Assembly: GCA_002363385.1 (NCBI GenBank)
Contig: DEVL01000004.1
Location: forward strand, 155,630-219,629
Length of the DNA stretch: 64,000 bases
DNA from: Stenotrophomonas maltophilia
GTDB lineage: Bacteria > Pseudomonadota > Gammaproteobacteria > Xanthomonadales > Xanthomonadaceae
Direction of reading: 5' to 3'
Shown here piece by piece: positions 47,211 to 57,062 of this stretch. Under the pieces are notes generated by a model. It made no database searches, had not been told where the DNA came from, and saw only the letters and a program-made list of their open reading frames with translations. Each line of letters begins with the position of its first letter. The stretch's first letter is position 1. The position numbers were made by a program, and so were the translations under genes.

Positions 47211-48095
47211 ATGCACGATCACCGAGTACGAAGCACCGCCATGTCTGCCGCACCTCCCAGCCGTCGTCCCCAGCGCGCCCCTGCCCCACCGCAGGATCGC
47301 GGGCTCAGCCACGAGCTGATGCAGCAGATCCAGGACAATCAGGGCGATCCGGATTTCATGACCTCCCTTGGCCGTGGCCTGGTGGTGCTGAGTGTGTTTT
47401 CGCAGCACCCGCGCGAAGTGACGATGTCGCAGATCAGCACCGAGACCGGCATCTCGCGGGCGGCGGTGCGTCGCGTGCTGTATACGCTGGAGAAGCTGGG
47501 CTACGTGGGCGAACAGGGCCGTGGCTTCGTGCTGCTGCCGCGCGTACTCGGCATCGGTGGCGCTTATGTCGCCTCCTCGTCGATGACGGCCGCCGCACAG
47601 CCCGTGCTGGATGCCCTTCGCGACGACGTACATGAGTCCTGCTCGCTGGGCGTGCTCGATGGTGACGACGTGCTGTATGTGGCCCGCGCCGAGACCGTGC
47701 GGATCATGTCGATCGGCCTGCGTGCCGGCAGTCGCCTGCCGGCGTACTGCACCTCGATGGGCCGCGTGCTGCTGGCAGCGTTGCCGCGCGACACGCTGGA
47801 AAGTTATCTGGAACGCAATCCGCTGCGCCCGCGTACCGAGCGTACCGTGACCCGCATGGAGGACTTCCTCGACATGCTGGATCGCGTGCGCCGCGAAGGC
47901 GTTTCACTGGTGGACCAGGAGCTGGAGATCGGGCTGCGCTCGATCGCCGTGCCGGTGCATGCGCGCAATGGCACCGTGGTGGGCGCGCTCAACATCGGCA
48001 CCCAGGCCGGACGGATCAGCCTGGGCGTGATGCAGTCGCAGCTGCTGCCGCGGCTGCGCGAAGCGGCGCAGCGCCTGGGCAACCTGCTGCACTGA
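47211..48095 (+). CDS. pcaR: IclR-family transcriptional regulator PcaR/PcaU-type (294 aa; ATG 47241 is an alternative start)
   Basis: The IclR wHTH is MSQISTETGISRAAVRRVLYTLEKLGYV, followed by the effector domain (LPAYCTSMGRVLLA, ELEIGLRSIAVPV). It lies adjacent to the pca genes. Confidence 0.85.
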   Translation: MHDHRVRSTAMSAAPPSRRPQRAPAPPQDRGLSHELMQQIQDNQGDPDFMTSLGRGLVVLSVFSQHPREVTMSQISTETGISRAAVRRVLYTLEKLGYVGEQGRGFVLLPRVLGIGGAYVASSSMTAAAQPVLDALRDDVHESCSLGVLDGDDVLYVARAETVRIMSIGLRAGSRLPAYCTSMGRVLLAALPRDTLESYLERNPLRPRTERTVTRMEDFLDMLDRVRREGVSLVDQELEIGLRSIAVPVHARNGTVVGALNIGTQAGRISLGVMQSQLLPRLREAAQRLGNLLH

Positions 48096-48101
48096 CGCAA
48101 C

Positions 48102-48494
48102 TCAGCCGGCGTGTTCGCCGGCCTGCTCTTCGAGGATCGGCTTGGCCAGCGCGAAGGCGTGGTTGGCGGCGGGCACGCCGCAGTAGATCGCCGCCTGCAG
48201 CAGCGCTTCCTTGATCTGCTCCGGGGTGACGCCGTTGTTGCGGGCGGCGCGGATGTGCAGCTTGAACTCTTCGTCGTGGCCCAGCGCCACCATCATCACG
48301 ATGGTCAGCAGCGAACGCGTGTGCCGCGGCAGGCCATCCCGGGTCCAGACCGTACCCCACGCGGTTCGCGTGATGAACGCCTGGAACTCCTCGGTGAAAT
48401 CAGTGCGTGCCTGCAGCGAGCGCTCCACGTGCGCTTCGCCGAGCACGGCGCGGCGTACCGCCAGGCCAGCTTCGTAACGTTCCTGTTCGTCCAT
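48102..48494 (-). CDS. pcaC: 4-carboxymuconolactone decarboxylase (130 aa)
   Basis: The CMD-family pattern is FTEEFQAFITRTAWGTVWTRDGL..R.RSLLTI..., at the end of the pca array. The start is taken at ATG 48494. Confidence 0.88.
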   Translation of the reverse strand: MDEQERYEAGLAVRRAVLGEAHVERSLQARTDFTEEFQAFITRTAWGTVWTRDGLPRHTRSLLTIVMMVALGHDEEFKLHIRAARNNGVTPEQIKEALLQAAIYCGVPAANHAFALAKPILEEQAGEHAG

Positions 48495-48543
48495 TGTGGG
48501 GTGCTCGTTCTGAGGTGGGGGCGTGCCGACCATCGGTGGCGCG

Positions 48544-49320
48544 CTAGCGAAGGTGGGCGGCGAGCGCTGCGGTGAACGCGTCGGCCGATTCGATGTTGCA
48601 GATGTGGCGCCCGGGCACTGCGATGGAATGGCCATCGGCCACGCCCTGCGCGATCGCATCCAGATCCGCCGGTGGGCACACCGGGTCGTCGTCGCCGGCG
48701 ATCGCCAGGGTCGGCACGGTGATGCGCTCGAGTTGGTCACGGAAATCGGCCGTGGCCACGGCATGGCAGCAGCCGACGTAGCCGTCCACGTCCGTAGCGA
48801 CAAAGCGCTGCAGGACGTCCTCCACCACGGCGGGCTCGGCCTGGGCAAACGCCGGGGTGAACCAGCGCTCGGCCGTTCCCTCGCGCAGCGGCAGCAGGCC
48901 ATCGCGTTGCACCTGGGCAATGCGCGCAGTCCAGCTGTCCAGCGTGCCGATCTTCGCGGCCGTGGCGGCCACCGTCAGCGTGTGCAGGCGCTCACTGACG
49001 TGCACGCCCAGCCACTGGCCGGTCAGGCCGCCGATGGAAAGCCCGCAGAAATGGCTGCGCTGCACGCTCAGGTGATCCCACAGTGCAACGACGTCTGCAC
49101 CCAGCTCCGCCACGCTGTACAGACCGGGCGGTGTGCTGGACTGACCATGCCCGCGGCGGTCGTAGCGCAGGATGCGGAACTGCGTCGACAACGCCTCGAC
49201 CTGCCGGTCCCACATGTGCAGGTCGGTGCCCAGCGAGTTGCAGAACGTCAACCACGGCGCCTGGACCGGTCCATCGATCCGGTAATGCAGACGGTGCGAG
49301 TCCAGCTCAAGAAACGGCAT
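48544..49320 (-). CDS. pcaD: 3-oxoadipate enol-lactonase, alpha/beta hydrolase (258 aa)
   Basis: The nucleophile elbow is FCGLSIGG. The N-terminus is LHYRIDGP and the C-terminus has a catalytic His. It lies between pcaB and pcaC. Confidence 0.88.
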   Translation of the reverse strand: MPFLELDSHRLHYRIDGPVQAPWLTFCNSLGTDLHMWDRQVEALSTQFRILRYDRRGHGQSSTPPGLYSVAELGADVVALWDHLSVQRSHFCGLSIGGLTGQWLGVHVSERLHTLTVAATAAKIGTLDSWTARIAQVQRDGLLPLREGTAERWFTPAFAQAEPAVVEDVLQRFVATDVDGYVGCCHAVATADFRDQLERITVPTLAIAGDDDPVCPPADLDAIAQGVADGHSIAVPGRHICNIESADAFTAALAAHLR

Positions 49321-49344
49321 GCAACACTCCAGGAAAAAGAAGGA

Positions 49345-50688
49345 TCAACGCTGTGCCAGCACGCGGTTGATCCAGGTATCGGCCATGCCGCGCCAGCTGT
49401 CCGGCGCGAACAAGGCATCCAGTTGCGTCGGCGACAGTTGCGCGGTCACCTCGGGCATCTCCGTCAACACCTCGCGCAGGTGACGCGACTGCGCCAGCGC
49501 CTGGCGCGCCGCCTGTTCCACCAGTGCGTGCGCAGCCGATTTGCCCAGCGACTCGGCCAGCGTCACGGCCACCGCCTCGGCGTAGAGAAGGCCGCCGTGG
49601 CTGTCCAGGTGCTCCTGCATGCGGGCGCGGTCCAGCTGCAGCCCCTGCACGACCACCGTGATCTGCGCCAGGCTGCCGGCGCATAGGCGCACGATCTCCG
49701 GCACGGTTTCCCACTCGGCATGCCACTGCCCTGCCGCGCGCTCGTGCGGCTGCGGCATCGCCGCGAACAAGGTGGACACCAAGCCCGGCACCCGGCTGGC
49801 CGCAGCGATCGCCGCGACGCAGCCGACCGGGTTGCGCTTGTGCGGCATGGCGGAGGAGCCGCCCTTGCCCTCAGCGGCCGGCTCGAGCGCTTCGGCCACC
49901 TCGGACTGCATCAGCAGCACGATATCGGTGGCGATCTTGCCCAGCGTGCCGGTCAACAGGGCGAACACGCTGCCGAACTCGGCAACGCGGTCGCGCGCGG
50001 TGTGCCAGGGCAAAGCCGGCACCGGCAACTGAAGTTCCTCGCCCAGCGTCTGCGCCACGTCCAGGCCGCGCGTCTGCAACGACGCCAACGTACCCGCGGC
50101 GCCGCCGAACTGCAGCACCAGCGTATCGGCATGCAATGCCTGCAGGCGACGCTGGCTGCGCTGCAGTGCATCGAGCCAGCCGGCCGCCTTCAAGCCGAAC
50201 GTCACCGGCACCGCCTGCTGCAACAGCGTGCGGCCGGGCAAGCCGGTATCGCGCTCGGCATCGGCCAACGCGGCCAGGGCATCGCACAGCACCTGCAGAC
50301 GATCCTGTACCCACGTCAATGCGGTACGCAGCTGCAGCACCGAACCGGTGTCGATGATGTCCTGGCTGGTCGCGCCCCAATGCACCCAGCGCGCGGCCTC
50401 GGCACTGTTCCGCCCGACCTGCGCGGTCAACGCCTTGACCAGTGGAATGGCCGGATTGCCGGCCAGCGCGGTGGCCCGGCCCAGCGCCGGCACTTCGTAC
50501 CGCTCGGCCCGGCAGGCCGCTTCGATCGGGCCCAGCGCGTTCGCCGGGATCACCCCACAGCGCACCTGCGCCCGCGCAAGCGCGGCCTCAACATCGAGCA
50601 TCGCCTGCAGCCGCGCGGTGTCGGTGAACACCGCATCGACCTCCGGCGCACCGAACAGGCCACCGAGCAGGGAGTAGGAATCGCTCAT
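49345..50688 (-). CDS. pcaB: 3-carboxy-cis,cis-muconate cycloisomerase (447 aa)
   Basis: The fumarate-lyase superfamily signature is GSSAMPHKRNP. It sits in pca context. The start is taken at ATG 50688. Confidence 0.9.
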   Translation of the reverse strand: MSDSYSLLGGLFGAPEVDAVFTDTARLQAMLDVEAALARAQVRCGVIPANALGPIEAACRAERYEVPALGRATALAGNPAIPLVKALTAQVGRNSAEAARWVHWGATSQDIIDTGSVLQLRTALTWVQDRLQVLCDALAALADAERDTGLPGRTLLQQAVPVTFGLKAAGWLDALQRSQRRLQALHADTLVLQFGGAAGTLASLQTRGLDVAQTLGEELQLPVPALPWHTARDRVAEFGSVFALLTGTLGKIATDIVLLMQSEVAEALEPAAEGKGGSSAMPHKRNPVGCVAAIAAASRVPGLVSTLFAAMPQPHERAAGQWHAEWETVPEIVRLCAGSLAQITVVVQGLQLDRARMQEHLDSHGGLLYAEAVAVTLAESLGKSAAHALVEQAARQALAQSRHLREVLTEMPEVTAQLSPTQLDALFAPDSWRGMADTWINRVLAQR

Positions 50689-50756
50689 CACGCGCCATCC
50701 ATTCACAGTAGGAACCAGCTTACCCGCGCCAGGTTGGCGCAACGTGCAGGCCCGGA

Positions 50757-51320
50757 TCAGTAATCGAAGAAGACCGTTTCGTGTTCGCCCTGCATGCGCA
50801 CGTCCCAGTGGTACAGGCCATTGCCCTGCGCCTGTGCGATGAGGGTGGCGCGGCGCTCAGCCGGCACCAGCGCCAGGATCGGATCCTCGGCGTTGCCGGG
50901 CGCGTCGCTGAAATACAGGCGCGCACTGGCCGCCCGCAACAGACCACGCATGAAGACCAGCACCATCAGGTGCGGCGCCTGTGCCTGCCCGCCGGGCCCT
51001 GCCACGCTGCCGGGGCGCACGGTGGTGAAGGCGAAGCGCCCCTGCTCATCGGTCGGCACTCTGCCCCACCCGGCAAACGCCGGATCATGATCGGCATGCC
51101 GCGGGTCCTCCGGGTGCGCATAGATGCCTTGTGCATCGGCCTGCCAGATTTCCAGCACGGCATCGGAGACCGGTACGCCCAGGCCGTCGAACACCTGCCC
51201 CTGCACCTGCACGCGCTCACCCTGCGCCTGGGATGGTGCGATATCGGTGCGATACAGCGGTTCCAGGCCCAGACGGTAGTACGGGCCTACGGTTTGCCAT
51301 GGAGTGGATTGGAAACTCAT
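50757..51320 (-). CDS. pcaG: Protocatechuate 3,4-dioxygenase alpha subunit (187 aa)
   Basis: It is an intradiol dioxygenase small subunit (TPWQTVGPYY) immediately downstream of pcaH. Confidence 0.9.
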   Translation of the reverse strand: MSFQSTPWQTVGPYYRLGLEPLYRTDIAPSQAQGERVQVQGQVFDGLGVPVSDAVLEIWQADAQGIYAHPEDPRHADHDPAFAGWGRVPTDEQGRFAFTTVRPGSVAGPGGQAQAPHLMVLVFMRGLLRAASARLYFSDAPGNAEDPILALVPAERRATLIAQAQGNGLYHWDVRMQGEHETVFFDY

Positions 51321-51324
51321 CTGC

Positions 51325-52035
51325 TTACTCCCACACGGTCATCTTGCGACCACGCAAGACGATGTCGAAACGATAACCCAGCGCGAATTCGTTCTCGGTG
51401 TTTTCCCAATCGAACGAGGACACCATGCGCGCACGCGCCTTGGCATCGTCCACGCAGTTGTAGATCGGATCGAACTCCAGCAGCGGGTCGCCGGGGAAGT
51501 ACATCTGCGTGACCAGACGCTGGCCAATGCCTTCGCCATGCAGCGAGAAATGGATATGCGCCGGCCGCCACGCGTTGAAGTGGTTGCGCCACGGATACGC
51601 GCCCGGCTTGATGGTGGTGAAGCGGTAACGGCCGTGTTCGTCGGTGAGCACCTGGCCGGTGCCGATGAAATTGGGGTCCAGCGGTGCGTCGTGCTGGTCG
51701 CCTTTGTGCAGGTAGCGGCCGGCGGCGTTGCACTGCCACACCTCGACCACGCGGTTGCGGACCGGGCGGCCGTTCTCATCCAGCACACGGCCACTGACCA
51801 CGATGCGCTCGCCCAGCGGCTGGCCCTTGAAACCGGCGGTCAGATCGGCCGCATGCTTGCCCAGAGTGATGCGGTCCAGGGTGGGGCCGGTCACTTCGGA
51901 CAAGGTGGCCGGGATCCGGATCGGATCGCGACCGGGGCCGCGCAGGCGCGTGGACGCATACGGCAGATGGATGCGGTCCGGCTGGGAGCCGGGATACGGC
52001 CTGCGGTAACCGCGCAGGTCAGTGGGATCGCTCAT
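51325..52035 (-). CDS. pcaH: Protocatechuate 3,4-dioxygenase beta subunit (236 aa)
   Basis: An intradiol dioxygenase motif with Fe ligands is present (GRYRFTTIKPGAYPW...RPAHIHF). Confidence 0.92.
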   Translation of the reverse strand: MSDPTDLRGYRRPYPGSQPDRIHLPYASTRLRGPGRDPIRIPATLSEVTGPTLDRITLGKHAADLTAGFKGQPLGERIVVSGRVLDENGRPVRNRVVEVWQCNAAGRYLHKGDQHDAPLDPNFIGTGQVLTDEHGRYRFTTIKPGAYPWRNHFNAWRPAHIHFSLHGEGIGQRLVTQMYFPGDPLLEFDPIYNCVDDAKARARMVSSFDWENTENEFALGYRFDIVLRGRKMTVWE

Positions 52036-52141
52036 GGCGTACTCCGATTGGCGGGCGGCCGGACGACCGCGGCTGTGGTGCTACGGCACGCTGCCACGCG
52101 GGGGCGACAGCGGCCGTGAAGCGGAAAAAAGGAAAACGGAT

Positions 52142-53356
52142 TCAGACGCGCTCGATCGCCAGCGCCACGCCCTGGCCGACACCGATGCACATGGTGGCCA
52201 GGCCACGTCGGCCACCGCTGGCCTCCAGCTGACGCATCAGGGTGAGCGCGAGCCGCGCCCCGCTCATCCCGAGCGGATGACCGAGCGCGATGGCGCCGCC
52301 GTTGGCGTTGACGTGCGCGGCATCGTCGGGGAGCCCGAACTCGCGCAGGCAGGCCAGCCCCTGCGAGGCGAACGCCTCGTTGAGTTCGATCGCGTCGAAA
52401 TCGGCGATGTCCAGCCCGAGCCTAGCCAGCAGGCGCCGCGTGGCCGGCACCGGGCCCATGCCCATGATCGCCGGCTCCACGCCCGCGCTGGCAAACCCGA
52501 GGATGCGCGCACGCGGGGTCAGACCCAGCGCCTGCACCTGCGCACCGGAGGCCAGCAGCAGCGCAGCGGCCCCATCGTTGATACCCGAGGCATTGCCGGC
52601 GGTGACGGTACCGGGCTGACGGAACAGCGGCTTGAGCTTGCCCAGCGCCTCGATCGTGGTATCGGCACGCGGGTGTTCGTCGTGCTCCACGCGCACGCTC
52701 TCGCCGCGCTTGCGGCCCGGCGCATCCACCGCGACGATCTCGCCCTCGAAGAAACCGCGCTGCTGGGCCGCGGCGGTGCGCTGCTGGCTGCGCAGCGCGA
52801 ATGCATCCTGGTCCTCGCGCGAAATCGCGTAGCGCTCGGCGACGTTCTCCGCGGTCTGGCCCATGGTGTCCACGCCGTGCAGCTCGCGCAGCCTGGGGTT
52901 GATGAAGCGCCAGCCCATGGTCGTGTCCTCCAGGGTCTGGTCGCGTGCGAACGCGACACCGGGTTTGCCCATCACCAGCGGCGCGCGCGACATCGATTCG
53001 ACCCCGCCGGCGATGGCCAGCCCGAGTTCGCCGGCGGCAATGCCGCGGGCCACCGTGCCGATCGCATCCAGGCCCGACCCACACAACCGGTTGACGGTGC
53101 TGCCCGGCACGTTGACCGGCAAGCCGGCCAACAGCAGGCTCATCCGCGCCACGTTGCGGTTGTCTTCGCCGGCCTGATTGGCACAGCCCAGGTAGACCTC
53201 CTCGATCAACGATGGGTCCAGCTGCGGGTTGCGTGCCAGCAGCGCTTTGATCGGGAGCGCGCCCAGGTCGTCGGCCCGGATGCCGGACAGGGCGCCGGCG
53301 TAGCGGCCGATCGGGGTGCGGATACCATCGACGATATAGATGTCCTGCAAGGTCAT
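52142..53356 (-). CDS. pcaF: 3-oxoadipyl-CoA thiolase (404 aa)
   Basis: Thiolase motifs are present: [18 protein letters not shown] and CIGVGQG. An AAGGAG RBS is followed by ATG 53356, directly after the pcaJ stop. Confidence 0.9.
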   Translation of the reverse strand: MTLQDIYIVDGIRTPIGRYAGALSGIRADDLGALPIKALLARNPQLDPSLIEEVYLGCANQAGEDNRNVARMSLLLAGLPVNVPGSTVNRLCGSGLDAIGTVARGIAAGELGLAIAGGVESMSRAPLVMGKPGVAFARDQTLEDTTMGWRFINPRLRELHGVDTMGQTAENVAERYAISREDQDAFALRSQQRTAAAQQRGFFEGEIVAVDAPGRKRGESVRVEHDEHPRADTTIEALGKLKPLFRQPGTVTAGNASGINDGAAALLLASGAQVQALGLTPRARILGFASAGVEPAIMGMGPVPATRRLLARLGLDIADFDAIELNEAFASQGLACLREFGLPDDAAHVNANGGAIALGHPLGMSGARLALTLMRQLEASGGRRGLATMCIGVGQGVALAIERV

Positions 53357-53357
53357 G

Positions 53358-54005
53358 TCAGGCTCCTTCACTCATCTGCAGCGGCAGGCCGGTCAGCTCG
53401 CGCAGCTGCGCCAGCGTCACCCCGTCGACCATCTCCAGCACGGTCGCGCCGTCCTTGCCCAGGTCGAACACGGCGACATCGGTATAGACCCGCGAGACGC
53501 AGCGCAGGCCGGTCAGCGGATAGCTGCACGCGGCCACCAGCTTGCTCTGCCCCTGCTTGGTCAGCAGGTCCATCATCACGAACACCTGCTTGGCACCGAT
53601 GGCCAGATCCATCGCGCCGCCCACCGCCGGAATCGCATCGGCCGCACCGGTGCTCCAGTTGGCCAGGTCGCCCTGCGCCGATACTTGGAACGCACCGAGC
53701 ACGCAGATGTCCAGGTGGCCGCCACGCATCATCGCGAACGAATCGGCATGGTGGAAATAGCAGCCGCCGGTCAGCAGCGTCACCGGCTGTTTGCCGGCGT
53801 TGATCAGGTCCGGATCCTCCTCACCGGGTGAAGGTGCCGGGCCCATGCCCAGCAGCCCGTTCTCCGACTGCAGGAAGATCTCCTTGTCGGCCGGCAGGAA
53901 GTTGGCCACCGTGGTCGGCAGCCCGATGCCCAGATTGACGTAGGCACCTTCCGGGATGTCACGCGCAACGCGCGCGGCCATCTGGTCGCGGCTGAGGCGG
54001 TTCAT
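53358..54005 (-). CDS. pcaJ: 3-oxoadipate CoA-transferase subunit B (215 aa)
   Basis: The CoA-transferase family I beta subunit is recognisable (catalytic Glu in the SENG motif: LQSENGLLG). It overlaps the pcaI stop by 4 nt. Confidence 0.9.
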   Translation of the reverse strand: MNRLSRDQMAARVARDIPEGAYVNLGIGLPTTVANFLPADKEIFLQSENGLLGMGPAPSPGEEDPDLINAGKQPVTLLTGGCYFHHADSFAMMRGGHLDICVLGAFQVSAQGDLANWSTGAADAIPAVGGAMDLAIGAKQVFVMMDLLTKQGQSKLVAACSYPLTGLRCVSRVYTDVAVFDLGKDGATVLEMVDGVTLAQLRELTGLPLQMSEGA

Positions 54006-54691
54006 GCGCGGTCTCCTGCAGTGGTCGACGCGGGCAGTTCGACCACCCGCTGGACGAAGATGCCCGGGGTCACCACGGCCTCGGGATCGAGTTCACCCAA
54101 GGGCACGACCGATTCCACCTGCACGATCGCACAGCGCGCGGCCATCGCCATCAGCGGGCCGAAATTGCGCGCGGTCTTGCGGTAGACCAGGTTGCCCCAG
54201 CGATCGCCGTGATGCGCCTTGATCAGCGCGAAGTCGGCATGCAGCGGGTACTCAAGCACGTAATGGCGACCGTCGATCTCGCGGGTTTCCTTGCCCTGCG
54301 CAAGCTCGGTGCCGTAGCCGGTGGGGGTGAAGATCGCCCCCAGTCCCGAGCCGGCCGCATGGATGCGCGCAGCCAGATTGCCCTGTGGCACCAGTTCCAG
54401 TTCGATCTCGCCGGCGCGGTACGCCGCATCGAAATGCTGCGAATCGGACTGACGCGGGAACGAACAGATGATGCGGCGCACGCGCTTGTGCTGGATCAGC
54501 GCGGCCAGCCCGCTGTCACCGTTGCCGGCGTTGTTGTTGATGATGGTCAGCCCGCGCGCGCCCTGCGCGATCAAGGCATCGATCAGCGCGTCAGGCATGC
54601 CGGCGGTACCGAACCCGCCGATCATCACCGTTGCGCCGTCGTGGATATCGGCCACCGCTGCGTCAGCGCTGGCCACGGTCTTGTCGATCAC
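54002..54691 (-). CDS. pcaI: 3-oxoadipate CoA-transferase subunit A (229 aa)
   Basis: The CoA-transferase alpha subunit is recognisable (IHDGATVMIGGFGTAGMP). The start is placed at GTG 54691, preceded by AAGGAG with a 7-nt spacer. The longer track ORF has no homologous N-terminus. Confidence 0.88.
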   Translation of the reverse strand: MIDKTVASADAAVADIHDGATVMIGGFGTAGMPDALIDALIAQGARGLTIINNNAGNGDSGLAALIQHKRVRRIICSFPRQSDSQHFDAAYRAGEIELELVPQGNLAARIHAAGSGLGAIFTPTGYGTELAQGKETREIDGRHYVLEYPLHADFALIKAHHGDRWGNLVYRKTARNFGPLMAMAARCAIVQVESVVPLGELDPEAVVTPGIFVQRVVELPASTTAGDRA

Positions 54692-54782
54692 TGCATTGCT
54701 CCTTGCCACGCACTGCGATGCGCGGCCACGTGCGGGAAGACTCTGGAAGGGACCATGGTGCGGAGCGCGCGTCGCGCGGTCA

Positions 54783-54817
54783 ATCCGATATTCGGCCACT
54801 TGATTCGATAATCGCAC
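54783..54817. promoter_or_regulatory. Candidate PcaR operator between pcaK and pcaI: two direct boxes, ATCCGATATTCGGCC and ATTCGATAATCGCAC, with a 20-nt period
   Basis: The box at 54803-54817 matches GTTCGATAATCGCAC at 14 of 15 positions. The second box is weaker and lies 20 nt upstream. Both sit in the 150-nt gap before the pcaI start. Confidence 0.6.
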
Positions 54818-54841
54818 ATCATTGCGGTTCTCCCGGTGGGC

Positions 54842-56161
54842 TCAGGTACGCGTCTGGCCAACGCCCACGCGCAGCCCCAGGCAGGCCCATGCGGCGAGGG
54901 CCAGCGGCAGCGCGCACAGCACGTACAGTGCGGCCGGCGACCAGCCCGCATCGACCAGCAGGCCCACGCTCAACGGCGAAAGAATCGCGCCGACGCGCCC
55001 GATGCCGATCGCCCAGCCGAGCCCCGTGGTGCGCACGTCCGCCGCGAATACCACTGGCGCGGCGGCATACAGGCCGGCCATCGCGCCGAACAACGCTGCG
55101 CCGATCACGAAGGCGATCGGGAACGCGATCTCCAGGCGGGTGTTGAAGCCGGCGAACAGCAGCATCGCCAGCATGGCCAGCACCAGGCTGGCGGCCGTCA
55201 GCCGCGACAGTGCCCAGCGCGAGGCAAGCCAGCCGAACAGACTGCCGCCGACAATGCCTCCGAGGTTGAGCAGCACGCCACCGGTGATGCCCTGCTGCGC
55301 CGAGACGCCGGCGGAGACCAGCAGCTTCGGCGTCCAGCTCAGCACGAAGTAGAACGCGAACATGTGCAGGAAGAAGGCCATGGCGATCAGTACCGCCACC
55401 CGGCGCAGGTCGCCCACGAACAGCGCCGCGTAGCCTTTGCGCCCATCGGCGCGCACGGGTACCGGTGGCAGTGCCTGCAAGGCCGGCATGCGCATGCGCG
55501 CCAGCAGCGCATTGAGCCGCGGCAACGCATCTTTCGGCCGTCGCGCCACCAGGAAATCCAGGGATTCGGGCAGGCAGGCGAGCACCAGCGGAATACACAG
55601 CAGCGAGGCACCGGCACCGATCAGGAACACGCTATGCCAGCTGAAGTGTTCCAGCATCCACGCGGCCAGCAGGCCGCCGAGGGTGGCCCCGATGGGATAC
55701 CCGGTCGCCTGCATCGCCACCGCCGTGCTGCGCCATTTCGCATTGGCATACTCGGCCGTGATCACCCCTACCCCGGCCAGCATGCCGCCGATGCCGATAC
55801 CGGTGAACACACGCAGTGCGGCGAGCTGCCAAGCGTTGGCGGCCAGCGCGGATGCGGCCATGCCCACGGTCAGGATCACAAGGCAGAGCATGATCATCGG
55901 CCGGCGACCCCAGCGGTCGGCCAGCGGTGCGAGCAGGAACGAGCCCAACGCCATCCCGACCAGACCGGCACTGAGCATGATGCCCAACACCCCGCCCGAC
56001 AGCCCCCAGTCGGCCGATACGTGCGGCGCCGTGAACGCCATCACCATCACATCGAAGCCATCGAGCATGTTCAACAGCACGCAGATCGCGATGGCGGTCC
56101 ACTGGAAGGGACTCATCCGCTCGAGCACGAGCGGGGAAGCGGCGGCGGTGGCATGGCTCAT
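54842..56161 (-). CDS. pcaK: MFS aromatic acid:H+ symporter (AAHS family), PcaK-like protocatechuate/4-hydroxybenzoate transporter (439 aa)
   Basis: It has 12 TM segments. The motifs LDGFDVMVMAFTAP and PLADRWGRRP are typical of PcaK/BenK-type transporters. The start is taken at ATG 56161. Confidence 0.78.
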   Translation of the reverse strand: MSHATAAASPLVLERMSPFQWTAIAICVLLNMLDGFDVMVMAFTAPHVSADWGLSGGVLGIMLSAGLVGMALGSFLLAPLADRWGRRPMIMLCLVILTVGMAASALAANAWQLAALRVFTGIGIGGMLAGVGVITAEYANAKWRSTAVAMQATGYPIGATLGGLLAAWMLEHFSWHSVFLIGAGASLLCIPLVLACLPESLDFLVARRPKDALPRLNALLARMRMPALQALPPVPVRADGRKGYAALFVGDLRRVAVLIAMAFFLHMFAFYFVLSWTPKLLVSAGVSAQQGITGGVLLNLGGIVGGSLFGWLASRWALSRLTAASLVLAMLAMLLFAGFNTRLEIAFPIAFVIGAALFGAMAGLYAAAPVVFAADVRTTGLGWAIGIGRVGAILSPLSVGLLVDAGWSPAALYVLCALPLALAAWACLGLRVGVGQTRT

Positions 56162-56210
56162 ACAAGGTTCCTGCGACAACGTGATGCGAAAGGTGTCCGG
56201 CGGGGAGGTC

Positions 56211-57062
56211 TCAGCGACCGGCCTGGCTGGAGGCATGGATGACCTGGAGCACCGACTGCAGCTGCTCGACCTCGACCTGGCCCGGCGCCGACGGCGTGCC
56301 GATCATGCCGAAGGTCAGCGCCTGGCCGAAGGTTTCACCGGCCAGCCGCGAGACCACGCCGGTGCCGCCCATGGACATCGTCAGCAGGGGCTTGCTGGTG
56401 CGCTGGCGCACCTGCCAGGTGGCATCCAGGAGGGTAAGTACGTCGCCGGCGTCCTGCGGCATCACCGCGATCTTCAACACATCCGCGCCCATCGCGTCCT
56501 GCCGCAGCAGCCGCGCGATGATCTCCTCGCGCGCCGGCGTGGCGTGGAAGTCGTGGCTGGACATCACCACCTTCACACCGGCTTTGTGCGCCTGCGCGAC
56601 CAGCGCCGCGACCCGAGCCGGATCACGGAACATTTCCACGTCGATCAACTGGGCGAAGTCACCGTGCAGCAGCGTGCTGTACAGCGCCGCGTAGTCCGCA
56701 TCGCTGATCGGCTTGCTGCCGCCTTCGGCCTGGGTACGGAAGGTGACGATCATCGGCTTGCCGTCCAGCGCGCGCGCGATGCGCTTGCCGAGCGCGACCA
56801 GCGCCGTGCCATCGGTGGCGATGTCCAGGTAATCGATGCGCCATTCGGCCAGGTCGGTGGAGGGGCTGGCGGCGATCGCGGCGGCCTGCTGCAGCGCCCG
56901 TTCGGCGGTGGCGCCGGTGATCGGCACGATGGTGCGCGGCGCGCCTTCGCCGATGCGCAGTGCACCGACCTGCAACGGCGTCACCGCCGGCGGAGCGGCC
57001 TGCGCCACGGATGCCACGCCGCCCAGCACGGCAGCCAACAGATAGGGAGTAAACGCGCGCAT
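56211..57062 (-). CDS. quiB: Type I 3-dehydroquinate dehydratase carrying an N-terminal signal peptide, a catabolic QuiB-type enzyme (283 aa)
   Basis: The signal peptide is MRAFTPYLLAAVLGGVASVAQA|A. The AroD fold is shown by IGEGAPRTIVPITG, SSHDFHATP (catalytic His) and the Schiff-base Lys in LKIAVM. The start ATG overlaps the porin stop (TGATG). Confidence 0.85.
   Translation of the reverse strand: MRAFTPYLLAAVLGGVASVAQAAPPAVTPLQVGALRIGEGAPRTIVPITGATAERALQQAAAIAASPSTDLAEWRIDYLDIATDGTALVALGKRIARALDGKPMIVTFRTQAEGGSKPISDADYAALYSTLLHGDFAQLIDVEMFRDPARVAALVAQAHKAGVKVVMSSHDFHATPAREEIIARLLRQDAMGADVLKIAVMPQDAGDVLTLLDATWQVRQRTSKPLLTMSMGGTGVVSRLAGETFGQALTFGMIGTPSAPGQVEVEQLQSVLQVIHASSQAGR

Noticed and set aside
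52036-52141. A T-rich tract (CCGTTTTCCTTTTTTCC on the minus strand) after pcaF as a terminator or pcaHG promoter
   Set aside because: No stable hairpin precedes the T run. I could find no PcaR-type box and no clear -35/-10 pair, so the evidence is insufficient to annotate it.
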